Below are positions 13,152 through 25,000 of a stretch of 64,000 nucleotides of DNA, in pieces. Below the pieces are notes generated by a model. It worked only from the letters and a program-made list of their open reading frames with translations, had not been told where the DNA came from and did not search any database. Position numbers and translations under genes: made by a program. This DNA is from Phoronis australis (Eukaryota; Animalia; Phoronida): assembly GCA_002633005.1 (NCBI GenBank), contig NMRA01000458.1, positions 143,109 through 207,108 of the forward strand, written 5' to 3'. Within the stretch, counting starts at the first letter, position 1, and each line of letters starts with the position of its first letter.

Positions 13152-14969
13152 CTTGGAATCTTTTCCATCAGGTTGCTTGCGTGAAGTTTGTGAGGCTGTG
13201 CACCATTGACACTAGTGACAAGAGAAGTCTATCTCCATTGACCAGAGTTTTTATTAGGTTTAGACCTACTTTCCCCCCAAAAATGTGAACGTGCTCTTCG
13301 GTGTTTTCTCAGAGCAAGCAAACACGGTTATAGTTAAATTCAGGTTTTTGAGCAACAACGTTGGGCTGTCCATAACTTACCGTCGGCTTCTACTGAATTT
13401 AAAAGGACGGAAACGCACATTGGTGTACACGAATGCATGTCAATCCACCAATCCACTCTAGAACTGGAAAAACATACTTGTATTTTACGAACATTTTCAA
13501 TTCCAAATTTGGAAACGCCTGCTCTTTACCGTACTGCGCTAGCAAGCAATATCAGGTAACAAACCTATTTTCTACTGTTTTGCTTCATGGTCGATTTTAA
13601 GGCATTCACACCGCAATGTGACTTTTTGGGAGCTATCTCGCTGCTATTTAACTTAGCTAGGTATAGACATTTACTTCTAGACTCCCTTGTTTCCCTACGG
13701 TGTAACCACCACGCGTGTTCAGTGCCGATGAGTAACATAAAGCCTCCTCTGGCTACGGGCCTGAAACTTAAGGCCGAATTCATTTTATGATAGTAACTAT
13801 TCACCCGACAAGTGGGCCAATTAAGCGTGTTTTTTGGTCAATAGATGTTACATAACAATCTTGTTGGTCAAATAAGACAATTTTGCTTATCACGTTCCCC
13901 GGCGACAAACTTTATGGTTACGAGACAAGAGTTCCACGACCCGGACGCTGATTTAACATAAGTAAAGCATTTTCACGGTCACCATGAGTGGAACAAAATG
14001 GTACCCAAGATGGTACCACAGACATTCTATTCTAAGCACAGCGTTGTGGAGTTCCGAGAACAATTTTTAAAAGTGACAATTAATTTATAGATATGGCGCT
14101 TGGCCTTCGGTTATTTGCTTTGGGTTTTTAAAAAGCAATTTGCAACCACCAAGTGATTTTATTATGTACTGAAGCTCATGAAAATCCGGTAGAAATCACT
14201 GTATGTCATAGCGGCTGACTTTTCATTTCGGTGCTCTCGCGAAAGTAAATTCCGCGTGATCCCGTGCGAATGAGATTCGGTGAACATTTATACATAATTG
14301 TTCATTAATTTTTAAAGAGCGGAATAACACCATTGTCAACCCCTCCTATTGTTTATTTCTACTTTTTGACGTCGACTGCGATCGAAATTTCTCCCCCTTT
14401 CAGTGTCAACTGCAGCCACTGCATGGCTTATTCGCAGTTGGAAATGTACTGTGGAACATGATGTCCTATAGTTGTTCATCCATTGATATTTCAAGAAGTT
14501 TGTCTTGTCCATCAAAGACCTGATCGCCGTCTGCATGGTGGGATAGTCAATGTCATGGCACAGCTATTTAGAAAATCAACTATTGAGCGGCGTGTTCTGA
14601 CTTTGGTTTTCATCTTTAATATACGTTTGCCAGTCTAGTTTTCGTCTTCAAAGCACCAACTTTGACAAGTGAGTTTTTAAGTTAAAATCGTACCCAGACA
14701 AGTTAATAACATATTTTTTCTCCATTTTGATTATCTACAAGCCTCGGGATTTTGACGAAATTTCCCAAGAGGTTTTGCCCATGTCATAAACCTTGGACTC
14801 GGGTAGGATTCTATATGCATTAGATGTTTAATTTTAGTTTTTGGCTTTTGTTTTTCTTTTTCCTCTAATTTTTGCATTTAGTTTAAACTTACACCTGCGT
14901 GTGTGTTTGTATGTGTTTTTTCCGCTGCAAAAAGGCGCCGGGGTCAAATTACACTGAGCACGTCACTTA

Positions 14970-15146
14970 CAAAAACTCCGAAAAAAGTAGAAAATGAGGC
15001 AAAAGCCCACTAAAAAGGCAGAAACTACCTAAATTCGGCGAATGCCCAATTCATCGCTCTGAGTGAACGTTCCCTGTGCATCGTAGTAAAAGGTCCACAT
15101 TATCAAAAATTCGAGCTCCTGATTTTTTAAGCTGGGTGTGCGCATG
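14970..15146 (+). mobile_element. Truncated copy of the 15864-16133 MITE family
   Basis: Shares CCACTAAAAAGGC, GTAAAAGGTCCACATTATCAAAAATTCGAGC and the terminus GCTGGGTGTGCGCATG. Confidence 0.55.
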
Positions 15147-15863
15147 TAGTTAACCAGTATTATTCAATTTAAATCAAGAAAATGAATAGTGAATGAATTG
15201 ACCAAGAATGTTTTGAATGAGTTTCCAGTATTCCTTGGAATTTTTTCATTTCATTGCTATTAGATTGAAGATGAATTACGGTTTCGAGATTACCAGCTTT
15301 GGCAGATGATATCAGATTTTCGTCCAAAACAGCTCGACTGGTCTTCATATAGATAAAATCTTTGATGTGATACGGGGCCATTTGAAAACTTAAATGCTCT
15401 ATGCAGCCGGCTTTTCTTTTTTAATTCGCCTGAGTTCTACATCATTATTAAACCAATTAAGGTTTATTTTTTGTCTAATTGCTTGTACTTCAAGCCTAGC
15501 ATGCCATTTTTAATTATATTAAATAAAGTTAAAGCAAACAAATCCTCCGATGTACACTAGTCGCTGTTATCAGAATCAAAAACTCCGTGAATGCATACCT
15601 GAATTCGCTTCACTGACCTGAATCAGGAGTAGGCCTATTTTTTCAAGTTCCGGCACCACGTCCACAAAGTTTTGGGTTCATCTGTACCCAAGATGGTACC
15701 ACACACTAGAATTTATTGCATTCAGTTGTGGCCCACTAGACGGTTTCCGGTAGGCTGCACATTGTAGTGAGAAAAGAACTCGATTTTAGTATTTCATTTT
15801 GAAATCTATCTGCATGGACCCGGCCTTCGCACCATAGGGGGCTCAAGTCAAGTCAAGTCATTT

Positions 15864-16133
15864 CATGCGCGCACCCATGCAGGGGGGGGGGGGNGGGGGC
15901 TCGGCGAGCCCCGGCGCCCGGCCCCCATATGAAGTGGGTAAGAACTGAGGTCCTCCTCAGAGAAACAAAAAGTCCGAGAAAATGAGACAAAAGTCCACTA
16001 AAAAGGCGCCAACGCAAAGTTCATACTTCGATCCGAAGGTGGTGCCCCGCCGGTTTTTTTAGTCCTCCCGCTATTTTGTGCAAAGGTCCACTTTGTCAGA
16101 ACGAGTCCCCCCAAAGGCTGGGTGCGCGCCATG
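15864..16133. mobile_element. MITE with 5-bp TSD (hAT5-like), full copy
   Basis: TIRs CATGCGCGCACCC / GGGTGCGCGCCATG, flanked on both sides by CATTT. Confidence 0.65.
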
Positions 16134-16559
16134 CATTTTATTTATAGTCGGTTTAGTGAAACAAAGAGAAAACATTAGCCATAGGCTAGTACATCGACTA
16201 GATCCCCCACGTTTTTCAGTGCTGCGCCGCACATGATCATGCCCTGGCATTGAACGTCCTCCACATGGAGGGTTAAAATGTGACCCTTTCTCGAGAAATT
16301 TTGTTGGATTAAGGTCCCTGTTTCTACCGGTTAATTGCCTCCACAAACAGCACAGACGCACCATAGATACTCTATAGGCTACGTCCGCACAAATGCGAAG
16401 GCGTGCGACATTCTGGACAATTACATCGCCCTGGATATGATTCGCCGGGCGACAACGTGGGAAGTCGGGTCACAAGGTAAGGAACAGTGGAGCTCTACAC
16501 ATTTATCTCATTGGTGAAGAATCTGAGACTACGCTGGTCAAAAGATCCCAACGACAACA

Positions 16560-16725
16560 CAGAAAGGGTTTTTGAATTGTCTGTTCGAAATGTATTTTTT
16601 TCCGGAACTCATTTGTTATTCGCGGAGCCTCTTTTGTTTGCGGCCGCAAAAATGGGAAAAACTCACATAGGGCACTGTCTCTATTGATTGTACTAAAGGC
16701 TGATCCACCAAAATCACACCTTTTG
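16560..16725 (+). other. Putative non-coding first exon (5'UTR) of ph, with short uORF
   Basis: Donor TTG|GTAAGC at 16726 and acceptor TTTTCCAG at 17375 just upstream of the ATG at 17387. The region is locally CpG-rich. The 5' boundary is a guess. Confidence 0.5.
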
Positions 16726-16982
16726 GTAAGCAGAGTTCTTTGTTGCTGTTAAAGAATTTAAACAATCTTTCAGTACAAATATTGCACGAGCAGCACTGGC
16801 ACGGGCAATGTCATCAGCCGCTCGCCGTTCCGTGTTGTGTACTGTTACTACTAGTACTAGTTCTACTACTAAAGTTGCTCATATAGAACTGCTATTTAGG
16901 CTATTATAGGGTCATACGAGCGGCTGATTAAAGATGCCTGTGCTCTTATCAACTAGTCATTACCACCGTTTCAACTGGCTCA

Positions 16983-17160
16983 AGTAGAGGCGGTGCCGGT
17001 GTTCATCCCATTGTAGTAATAGCCGAGATTACCCGACCCGGGAATCGAACCAGTGACCCCCATAAAACCGGCAAGTGTGCTAAGCATTCAGCTAATAGGC
17101 AATTGCCCGTTAGCGAGTAGCTAACAGAGGCTCATATGATTCACCGGAACCACATCTACA
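16983..17160 (-). mobile_element. TIR-flanked element containing a tRNA-like A/B-box segment
   Basis: Inverted ends TAGAGGCGGTGCCGGTGTTCAT / ATGATTCACCGGAACCACATCTA. Minus strand has an A-box-like TAGCTGAATGCTTAG and B-box GGTTCGATTCCC. Confidence 0.55.
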
Positions 17161-17386
17161 ACACCATCATAGCCAGCCCTGTGAAAGCTTTTCGGCAAAT
17201 TGTGCCTCACACTTCAAGGATGAATATAACATCCATCAATGCTACCCCCTCGTTTGCCTTGTTTCAAAGCTGTATTTTTAATATATGATAGTCTTCATAC
17301 TGCTACCTCGTTGACTACCACCTAGTTATCTTTAGTGCCTTATGCCCCAGAAAGTCATTTTGGTTTATTTTCCAGACTCCTGAGCG

Positions 17387-20300
17387 ATGTCAGAATCACA
17401 ACCATCGCAGGCTTCCCAGCCAGCTGCGGAACAATCACAGGTTCAACAGCTTCAACAACAACAACAACAGCAGCCAAGTCAACAGCCCACTGCCAACAAC
17501 ATTGCCACATACACCAACAACAGTGTACCGATTGCACCGTCATCAGGCTCTTCACCGAGAACGGTTCCCAACTCACCCCTGACAGCTCAACAACTGACTG
17601 GTCAACCCATCCCACAGAATATCGTTATACCACAGGGAATGCCCAATGCTGGTCAATATGTCCAGTTCATGTTCGCCCCTCCAAATCCTGGGATAGGTAA
17701 AAGATTTCCAATGTTGTTCAACTGTAATCGTCCAATTTTATGTATATGAGAGTGGGGTATTACTAGGAACAGTCAATTACTTAACAATTTCAAGAAAAAT
17801 ATGTATGGTTTTGGGTAGCCTGGATGTTTAGTGTCTTGTTTGTTTGCTTGTTTCTGATATGTGCCAATTATTTTAAATTGTCAGTTATAATAGCCACCGG
17901 CGACTGTTTTATGTTTATTTGATGAGAACTGACCAGGAATTTTATGTATCTGGACTCAATTCCTAGGCCAGGACGTGCAATTTTTTCAAATTGAGCACAG
18001 AATAATAAACACTTATCTTAAGTTTGCACAAAGTAAAATAGATAATACCGAAAATAATTTGAAATTCGATCTGGAGTAAACAGATAAGATCCTGGGCCCA
18101 GACTTGAACATGTAGCTTTAATGTTGGGGTCATCAAGTACAAGATAGGATTACACTGTGATTCATGCACACCATAATAAACTCGAGCACGGAATAATAAG
18201 TCACTCATCTTGAGTTAATACCAAAATAGAACAGAAAATGTTAAAAATAATTTAGAATTTGATTTTGAGTAAAAAGATTTGACCCCAATCGCCGGAGATT
18301 GTCCTGAAACCAACCCATATCACTGTCAGAGTCTGTGAATTACTCATCAAACAACTGTGTAACTTGTGCCTCACTGTTCCCTTTGCTGTAGCAATGCCGA
18401 CCGGTGGTGTTAACTTTACTATGGCTCCGCAGAGGCCGCCAGCTGCACACTCTGGAGTTGGCCCAAGAAGTCCTGCCATGCTTGGAGTTGTCCCCCCTTC
18501 ACCCGGCACACCTATGGTAAGAAATGCACAAGTTTTGAAAGAATCATCAAGTGATAATTTTTTTATTTATTAACAAATTTGAAATGTAGTTTGTAATTTA
18601 TTAATCTGTGTGTATTTTTTAGAAAAAAACTGTACATTGTGTGTTGAACCATTGTTAAATTTTCTTCAGTCAAGTGCCTTTTGTGAGCAATCAAGGTGGC
18701 TGTTCCTCCTGCTGTACTGATTGTCAGAGTTGTAGATTCCAGTTATTTTTGTACAGATTGTCAAAACCTAAAGGAAACTATTTGAAAAATGAGACATTTA
18801 TTTGGGACTGAGAGAAAACAAATATTCAGCTGCAACCTCTACCAAATGTCTGAAGATTTCATCCTCTTATATGTAGTGATGCAATTTGTGTGTGGATAAT
18901 TTTTCTGCGAAATTGTTTCTATATTGTTCTGAACATAGGTAATTTATTCATAATACTGTAAGTCATAGTGACTTTGATGAACATTGACACAAGTGAGTAT
19001 CAAGTCATGCTGACAACTGGTAGTTTGGAAAAATCCGAGGTCAAAAATTCAAAGTTGAGGTTGCCAAAATGCTTCAGTACAACTGTCCAATAGGTGCCTG
19101 ATTTTTATTTGTCTATTTGAGCTGAAGTTGCCACTTGCAATAGGTAATTGCAGTTCGTGAGCTGATTTCTTGCCAAATGAGACTTAGACACATGTAGCAT
19201 GTAATCACACTAGATACGATCATGACGGCTAATTCTGACTGCGAAGGAGACTGAATGGTAATAACTATAATGGCAACAAGATTCTAATTGTAGAATGGCT
19301 AAAGTTTTGTGTTACCACGGTAATTTCCTTTCATTCTCTGTCATAATGAAAGACTACTCAGAGTAGGTTACTCAGAGTAGGTTACTCAGAGTAGGTTACT
19401 CAGAGTAGGTTACTCAGTGTAGGTTACTCATAGTAGGTTACTCAGTGTAGGTTACTCATAGTAGGTTACTCAGTGTAGGTTACTCATACTAGGTTACTCA
19501 AGAGTAACCAAGCCTAATGAGATAATATTGAAATGGACACAGTCGTCACGTACATTACACAAAGTGGCATGATGCCAACAACTTGATTACGATTGTTCAT
19601 ACTGACTCAGAGTTTTGATGCCACAGTGACAGGCATGAGAGTTTTACTGTACTTTTTGATGACTCAAAAGTCAGTGTTCTCAATACACACTGGCCTGGTG
19701 ACCCGGGGCCAGTGGTTTTGCAGCCGGGCCAGTAAACTTTCACATACAGACCCTATGTGGATGTGATCTCATATTCAAGTAACTTGCCCGACGGCCAGCA
19801 CATTTATTTTGCTGAAGTTCAAACACTGCTCAAAGTTGCATGTGTGTTTTTCAGTTCTTAGCAATCTTTGTTTAACACTGGTATAAGGTCGACACCTGCA
19901 TGCAACTTAGTCGTCGCCAAATTATAATTTATTTATTTATTATTGTGATATTTAAAATGAGGGTGGCCTCTTCAGTGATAGCACTGCTTTCCAAGAGGGC
20001 CCTCACAAACAAAATGAGTTACCAATTTGTAAAATACATTCATACGATCAATGCTTGTCCGAGAAGAAGAACATCGTTCTTGTGAACATTTTGATGTGGT
20101 TGTACATTTTGCAAGCATGACTACCCTAAACAATTAATTCATGCTGCCTAAATGTGATACATGCAGAGTGTCACAGCATGGTGTTTAATTCATTTGAGTG
20201 CGCATTTCAACTAGGCTTTGTTACACCAAAAGGAATTCAAGGAACCAAATATCGAAGATTAGTACAATTCTTCACACACTCAAGATAACTTCACTGGAGG

Positions 20301-22060
20301 ATGGGCAACTGACCAAACCTTGGCTAATTGTACTGAACGTCAAAAATTTCCAAAACAATAAATTCTTATATTGTTTGCTATCCTAAGACTGAGAACTGTA
20401 CAAGTCATGTGTCAGTTTTAATCTGATGTATCTTGTGATACTGTGAAAGGGCAACTTGCATGTAGTAGTGTGACAGCGGGATACTAATTCCAGTGTATTT
20501 GTCATCTATGTGTGTTGTGCAGTGTAGCAAAGACATCAGGGGGTTTGCTAGCCAAATACTCAGGTCTTAAACTGAACTAAGAATGGTGAAATGGACATAA
20601 ACCAAAAGAATGGGAGGAAAATTCTTGTTCAGTGTGTTGATACTCATCAAACTGATTTCTCTTGGCATATTGAGGGAAACGTAAACAGTCTTACCAGTTA
20701 TATTTTGCCTCTTTGTACCTTTCTCTAACAAAAACGAATCAAATCGTCTGCCATCTTGTAATCTCGGTTTTTGAAGTAATAACATCATATAATGACATCA
20801 TGTAATGACATCATGTAATGACATCATGTAATGACATCATGTAATGACATCATGTAATGACATCATGTAATGACATCATGTAATGACCCAAATGGCAGCC
20901 AATCAGCCAAATGTTTGAAGTATACGAGTTCACAAATATGCAAAAACAGATTAGTAAAAATTCTAACCTTCGAGTGAAGTTCTTTAAAAGGGCTTGATTT
21001 CTGTGCAGTTGTATTCGCCGTATTATTTCTGTAGATAAATGTGTTCGTGCGATCGCAATTTTAACTTGTACAGGCTAGTATTTGATGTGAAAGTCGAGTG
21101 TGATATGTATTACTTAATTATACACTTTCACTGTACAGACTTCCAACCCTGTTTAAGGGTTGGTTTACAGACTAGGGGTTTGTTTAGCATTGATTAACCT
21201 CTACAAAAAGTTAATGTTTTTTTCCACTTGATAAGCTTTACCCATCACGGCGGAAGGCTATGGTGGTAAGTTCCGCTTGCACTGAACAGTCATAGCGTGG
21301 ATTTCTGTTAGCGTTCAGCCTTCATGATGTGGAATGACAAGTTATTTTAGTTTCTTACGGCTTGTACTGTGTGTGTGGAGTGTCAATTATTTCTTATTTC
21401 ATGTTAGTTTCATGAACCACTAAGATTAGTTAATGATTTAACATGTTGAATTAAAAACATGTAATTTGTGTAGTCACATATTGTCCAGGTAAGATGTTTG
21501 TCTAAACCTGTCGAAGCTATACTAGTCTGGCTATGTCAGACTCTGTGATGGTAAACAAACAAAATGAAATGATTGATCAAATATGGACAAAAAATGCACT
21601 GATGTCATCTCATAATGCTTACAAATTGGCAACCATCCATCAGATGGCAGACTGGCAGAGTGATACTTTGATTTCTCCATTCACATGACGTGGTTGTGAC
21701 TGATAAGTAAATCAAAGGGGCTGCATGTGTGTGTTGGCAAAACTATATGTGTTCATATGTTTATTAATGTCAATAAGGTGGAATCTTTTAATTCTGTGGT
21801 TGTCATTATTACCTAATTGTCATTGCCCTTTTAATACTCTATTTTTTTCTACAGACTCTTAGATAATCGTTCTATTTTTTCAGGGTGGCATGCACCTAGT
21901 TTCCCCACCAGCCAGTCAGCAACCATTGTCTTTGGCAGCCCCATCCTCCAAGTCTCCTGTTAGGCCTCCCACTATGTCACAGTCTGTTGCCAATGTGACA
22001 GGTCAGCGGCTCATTTCGGCTGAGTCATTGCAACAGATGCAGCAAATGCAACAACAGTTC

Positions 22061-22092
<32 letters not shown>

Positions 22093-25000
22093 GAGTATGC
22101 ATCAGCATTCACAGCAACATCATTCGCAGCAGCAGCCGCAGCAGCAGCAACAGCAGGCGGCTAAGTTCTATATCCGCCCAATTGGTTCAGGCATGCAGTT
22201 GGTCAGTCAGCAGCCGTCGATGTCTAGTCAAGGCCAGGCCATGCAGGTAAATTGGATGCACCAGAGTGGTGAGGTAGTCATGGCTCAGTGTTGATTGGGT
22301 GTAGATGCAACTCTGATCCTAGTTGTATATAAGTGACATCGTAATAGTACCATTGTTGAAAAATGATTTTGATGCCTTGCAAACCTATCCAGTGGATAAG
22401 ATTCAAAGTTCTATGCAAAACAGCACAGTTGGACAATTCTTAACCTATTTAAACCCCTTCCTAACTAGGGCCAGTCACCCATTGGAACCGTGGCGCCCTC
22501 TAGTCAGCATCAGATGATGACTCATCAACAACAACAGCAGCAGCAGCAGATTATATCCACTCAGGCCATGCTTGCCAGTCAGCCGATCTATGGACAGATC
22601 ATACCACAGGCTATACCCCTGGCCCATCAGCAATACCAAGGTTGGTACCAATGGTGGATTTTCAACAAAATCTTGTTCTTTTTTTACCAAATATTACAGT
22701 GTTAAGAAATAACAAAAATGTAAAAAGACTGGCATATATATACTAATTTTAGTGGCTATTGAAGTGAGAGAGAATTGTCACGTTATGTTTCACAGAACAA
22801 CTATACCATTGTTGGTACTGTGGTGGATTTTTAATAATGTTACATTCCTTTCTCTCATTGTATATTACACTTGCTGTTAAGAAATACAAGAAAATAACAT
22901 ATATTCATTTTTGTGGCTATTTAGTGGAAAGATCGTGTTATGTCTTTCACAAAGTGTATGGTGTATTTCAGAAATTCAAATTAACTTGTCATTGTTTTTT
23001 TTTTGTGTTTGAGGACCTTTGTGGACAGTTTGCTCTCAAACCTTGCTTGATTGTCAAATAGAGCAAACATGATCTTCCATTAGATAGTAATATTTTATTG
23101 ATCAGGATTCTTCATATACATGATTCTCAAAGAGAAACATTCTACATTCAATAGTAGCCCCATACAATTATATTTGTATATGTGAGCCTTTGTTCCATTG
23201 ATAATATTTAACAGGCCAAGCAGTGTTGACCTCACAGCCAATGTACGTGAGACCAAGTCAGCCACCCATGCAACCCATTCATCCTGTCAACATGGCACCC
23301 AAAGTTGGTCGTCCGCGCCTTGATCAGTCACAACGAAAGACTCCACCTGGTGTCAGTCTGGCTGCCAAACGACAGGCCACTGGGCAGGCTCGTGTCACAC
23401 CCATTGCGTCACGCTCCATGAACAAGAGTTACACTCCTCCTATGAACCTGACTGTGGGGGGCCGACAGGAGATGATGCCAAAACAGATCCGTGCACGGTT
23501 CAAGTCACCTGCTCAGATGGTGGGAAACACCGCCTATCGCAACATGGCCAATGTGGTACGTGTACCACAACCAAATTTTACCCGCCTGGCTCCGAGTAAT
23601 CCTGCAGCACAGGAAAGTCGCAAATCAACCACTGGTCTAGACTCGACCAGAGGCAGTACTGATCTGGAGGACACCAGCCCCTGCCAGGATATGCCACAGT
23701 TGGTCAGCACTGCATCGCAGCCTCTTGCCAATGGGGACGGTGGTGGCGATAAGGAGAAGCAGAAAGCAGTGGTCAAGCCACAGACGCTTACCCACGTCAT
23801 TGACGGCTTCGTCATAGAAGAGGGTCCACTTGCCTTCCCAGTGAGTTTAATTCATTGAAGGCAGAGGTCCGGGTGTCCTCATCTCTGCTCGGCCACTGTA
23901 TCTGTACATTGTCCATCTGGTCATTATTTTGGAGCCACTGTATTTCTTATGTGACGCAAGCTAAATGATGTTTGTGTCATGCATAAGTATTAAACTTTGA
24001 AATATTTCTTTGCCACATTTACTTGACACTGTCGACAGTTCCTAACATTGACATGTTCAACCGGTCAACTTCAGATAGGCAGAGACTCCTTGCAACATTT
24101 TCAAATTTTTAATGGAAATTACTACGGTAAAAGTGTCGGCTGACATCATCTAGCAAATTTTGGAGAATGTCAGTTTTTGTGAACAGAAGAGGTTGATGGT
24201 GTTACAGTGCATGATTTAAAAAAAAATGAGTTTCAATATGTGTTCTAAAGCTGAAAATGTCACTGTCTTTTACTGTCTTGTGTTGAAGGTGCAGGCCTCT
24301 TCGTTACTAACAGACACTAGTGACATGCCTCCAAAATTGTCGCGAGTGTCACCACGTGAGTCTGAGGAAGAAGTGTTCAAGCCAGCGTCTACAGGTACTC
24401 AACACCACAGATTAGTCATAAATGTTTTTATTCACAGATGGCTATCAGTTGTCATTGTGTTTGATTAGTAATCTACTGAAAGGCATTACCATCGCTAGCT
24501 TTGTAATGATGTCTTTCCACAATTTAACGTCCAGTATTTAATAAGAGCTTGGTATCACATTGCCTCAATGTGACAGTAATGCCAGATCTTGAACAAACGC
24601 CGTTGTTTAATTGTCGTTCACTTTGACATAAGAGTTAAGTTTCTAGTGGATTGATAGATATGGGTTCTGATGTGGTGTGATGATCACAGTGTGCTGGTGT
24701 GATGATCACAGTGTGCTGGTGTGATGATCACAGTGTGCTGTTGTGATGATCACAGTGTGCTGGTGTGATGGTCACAGTGTGCTGGTGTGATGATCACAGT
24801 GTGCTGTTGTGATGATCACAGTGTGCTGGTGTGATGATCACAGTGTGCTGGTGTGATGATCACAGTGTGCTGGTGTGATGATCACAGTGTACTGGTGTTA
24901 TGATCACAGTGTGCTGGTGTGATGATCACAGTGTGCTGGTGTCGCAATCACGGTGTGCTAATGTGGCAATCACAGTGTCCTGGTGTAGCAATCACAGTGT

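Noticed and set aside
17030-17095. Functional tRNA gene
   Set aside because: A/B boxes are present but acceptor and anticodon stems do not pair well, and it lies within TIRs.
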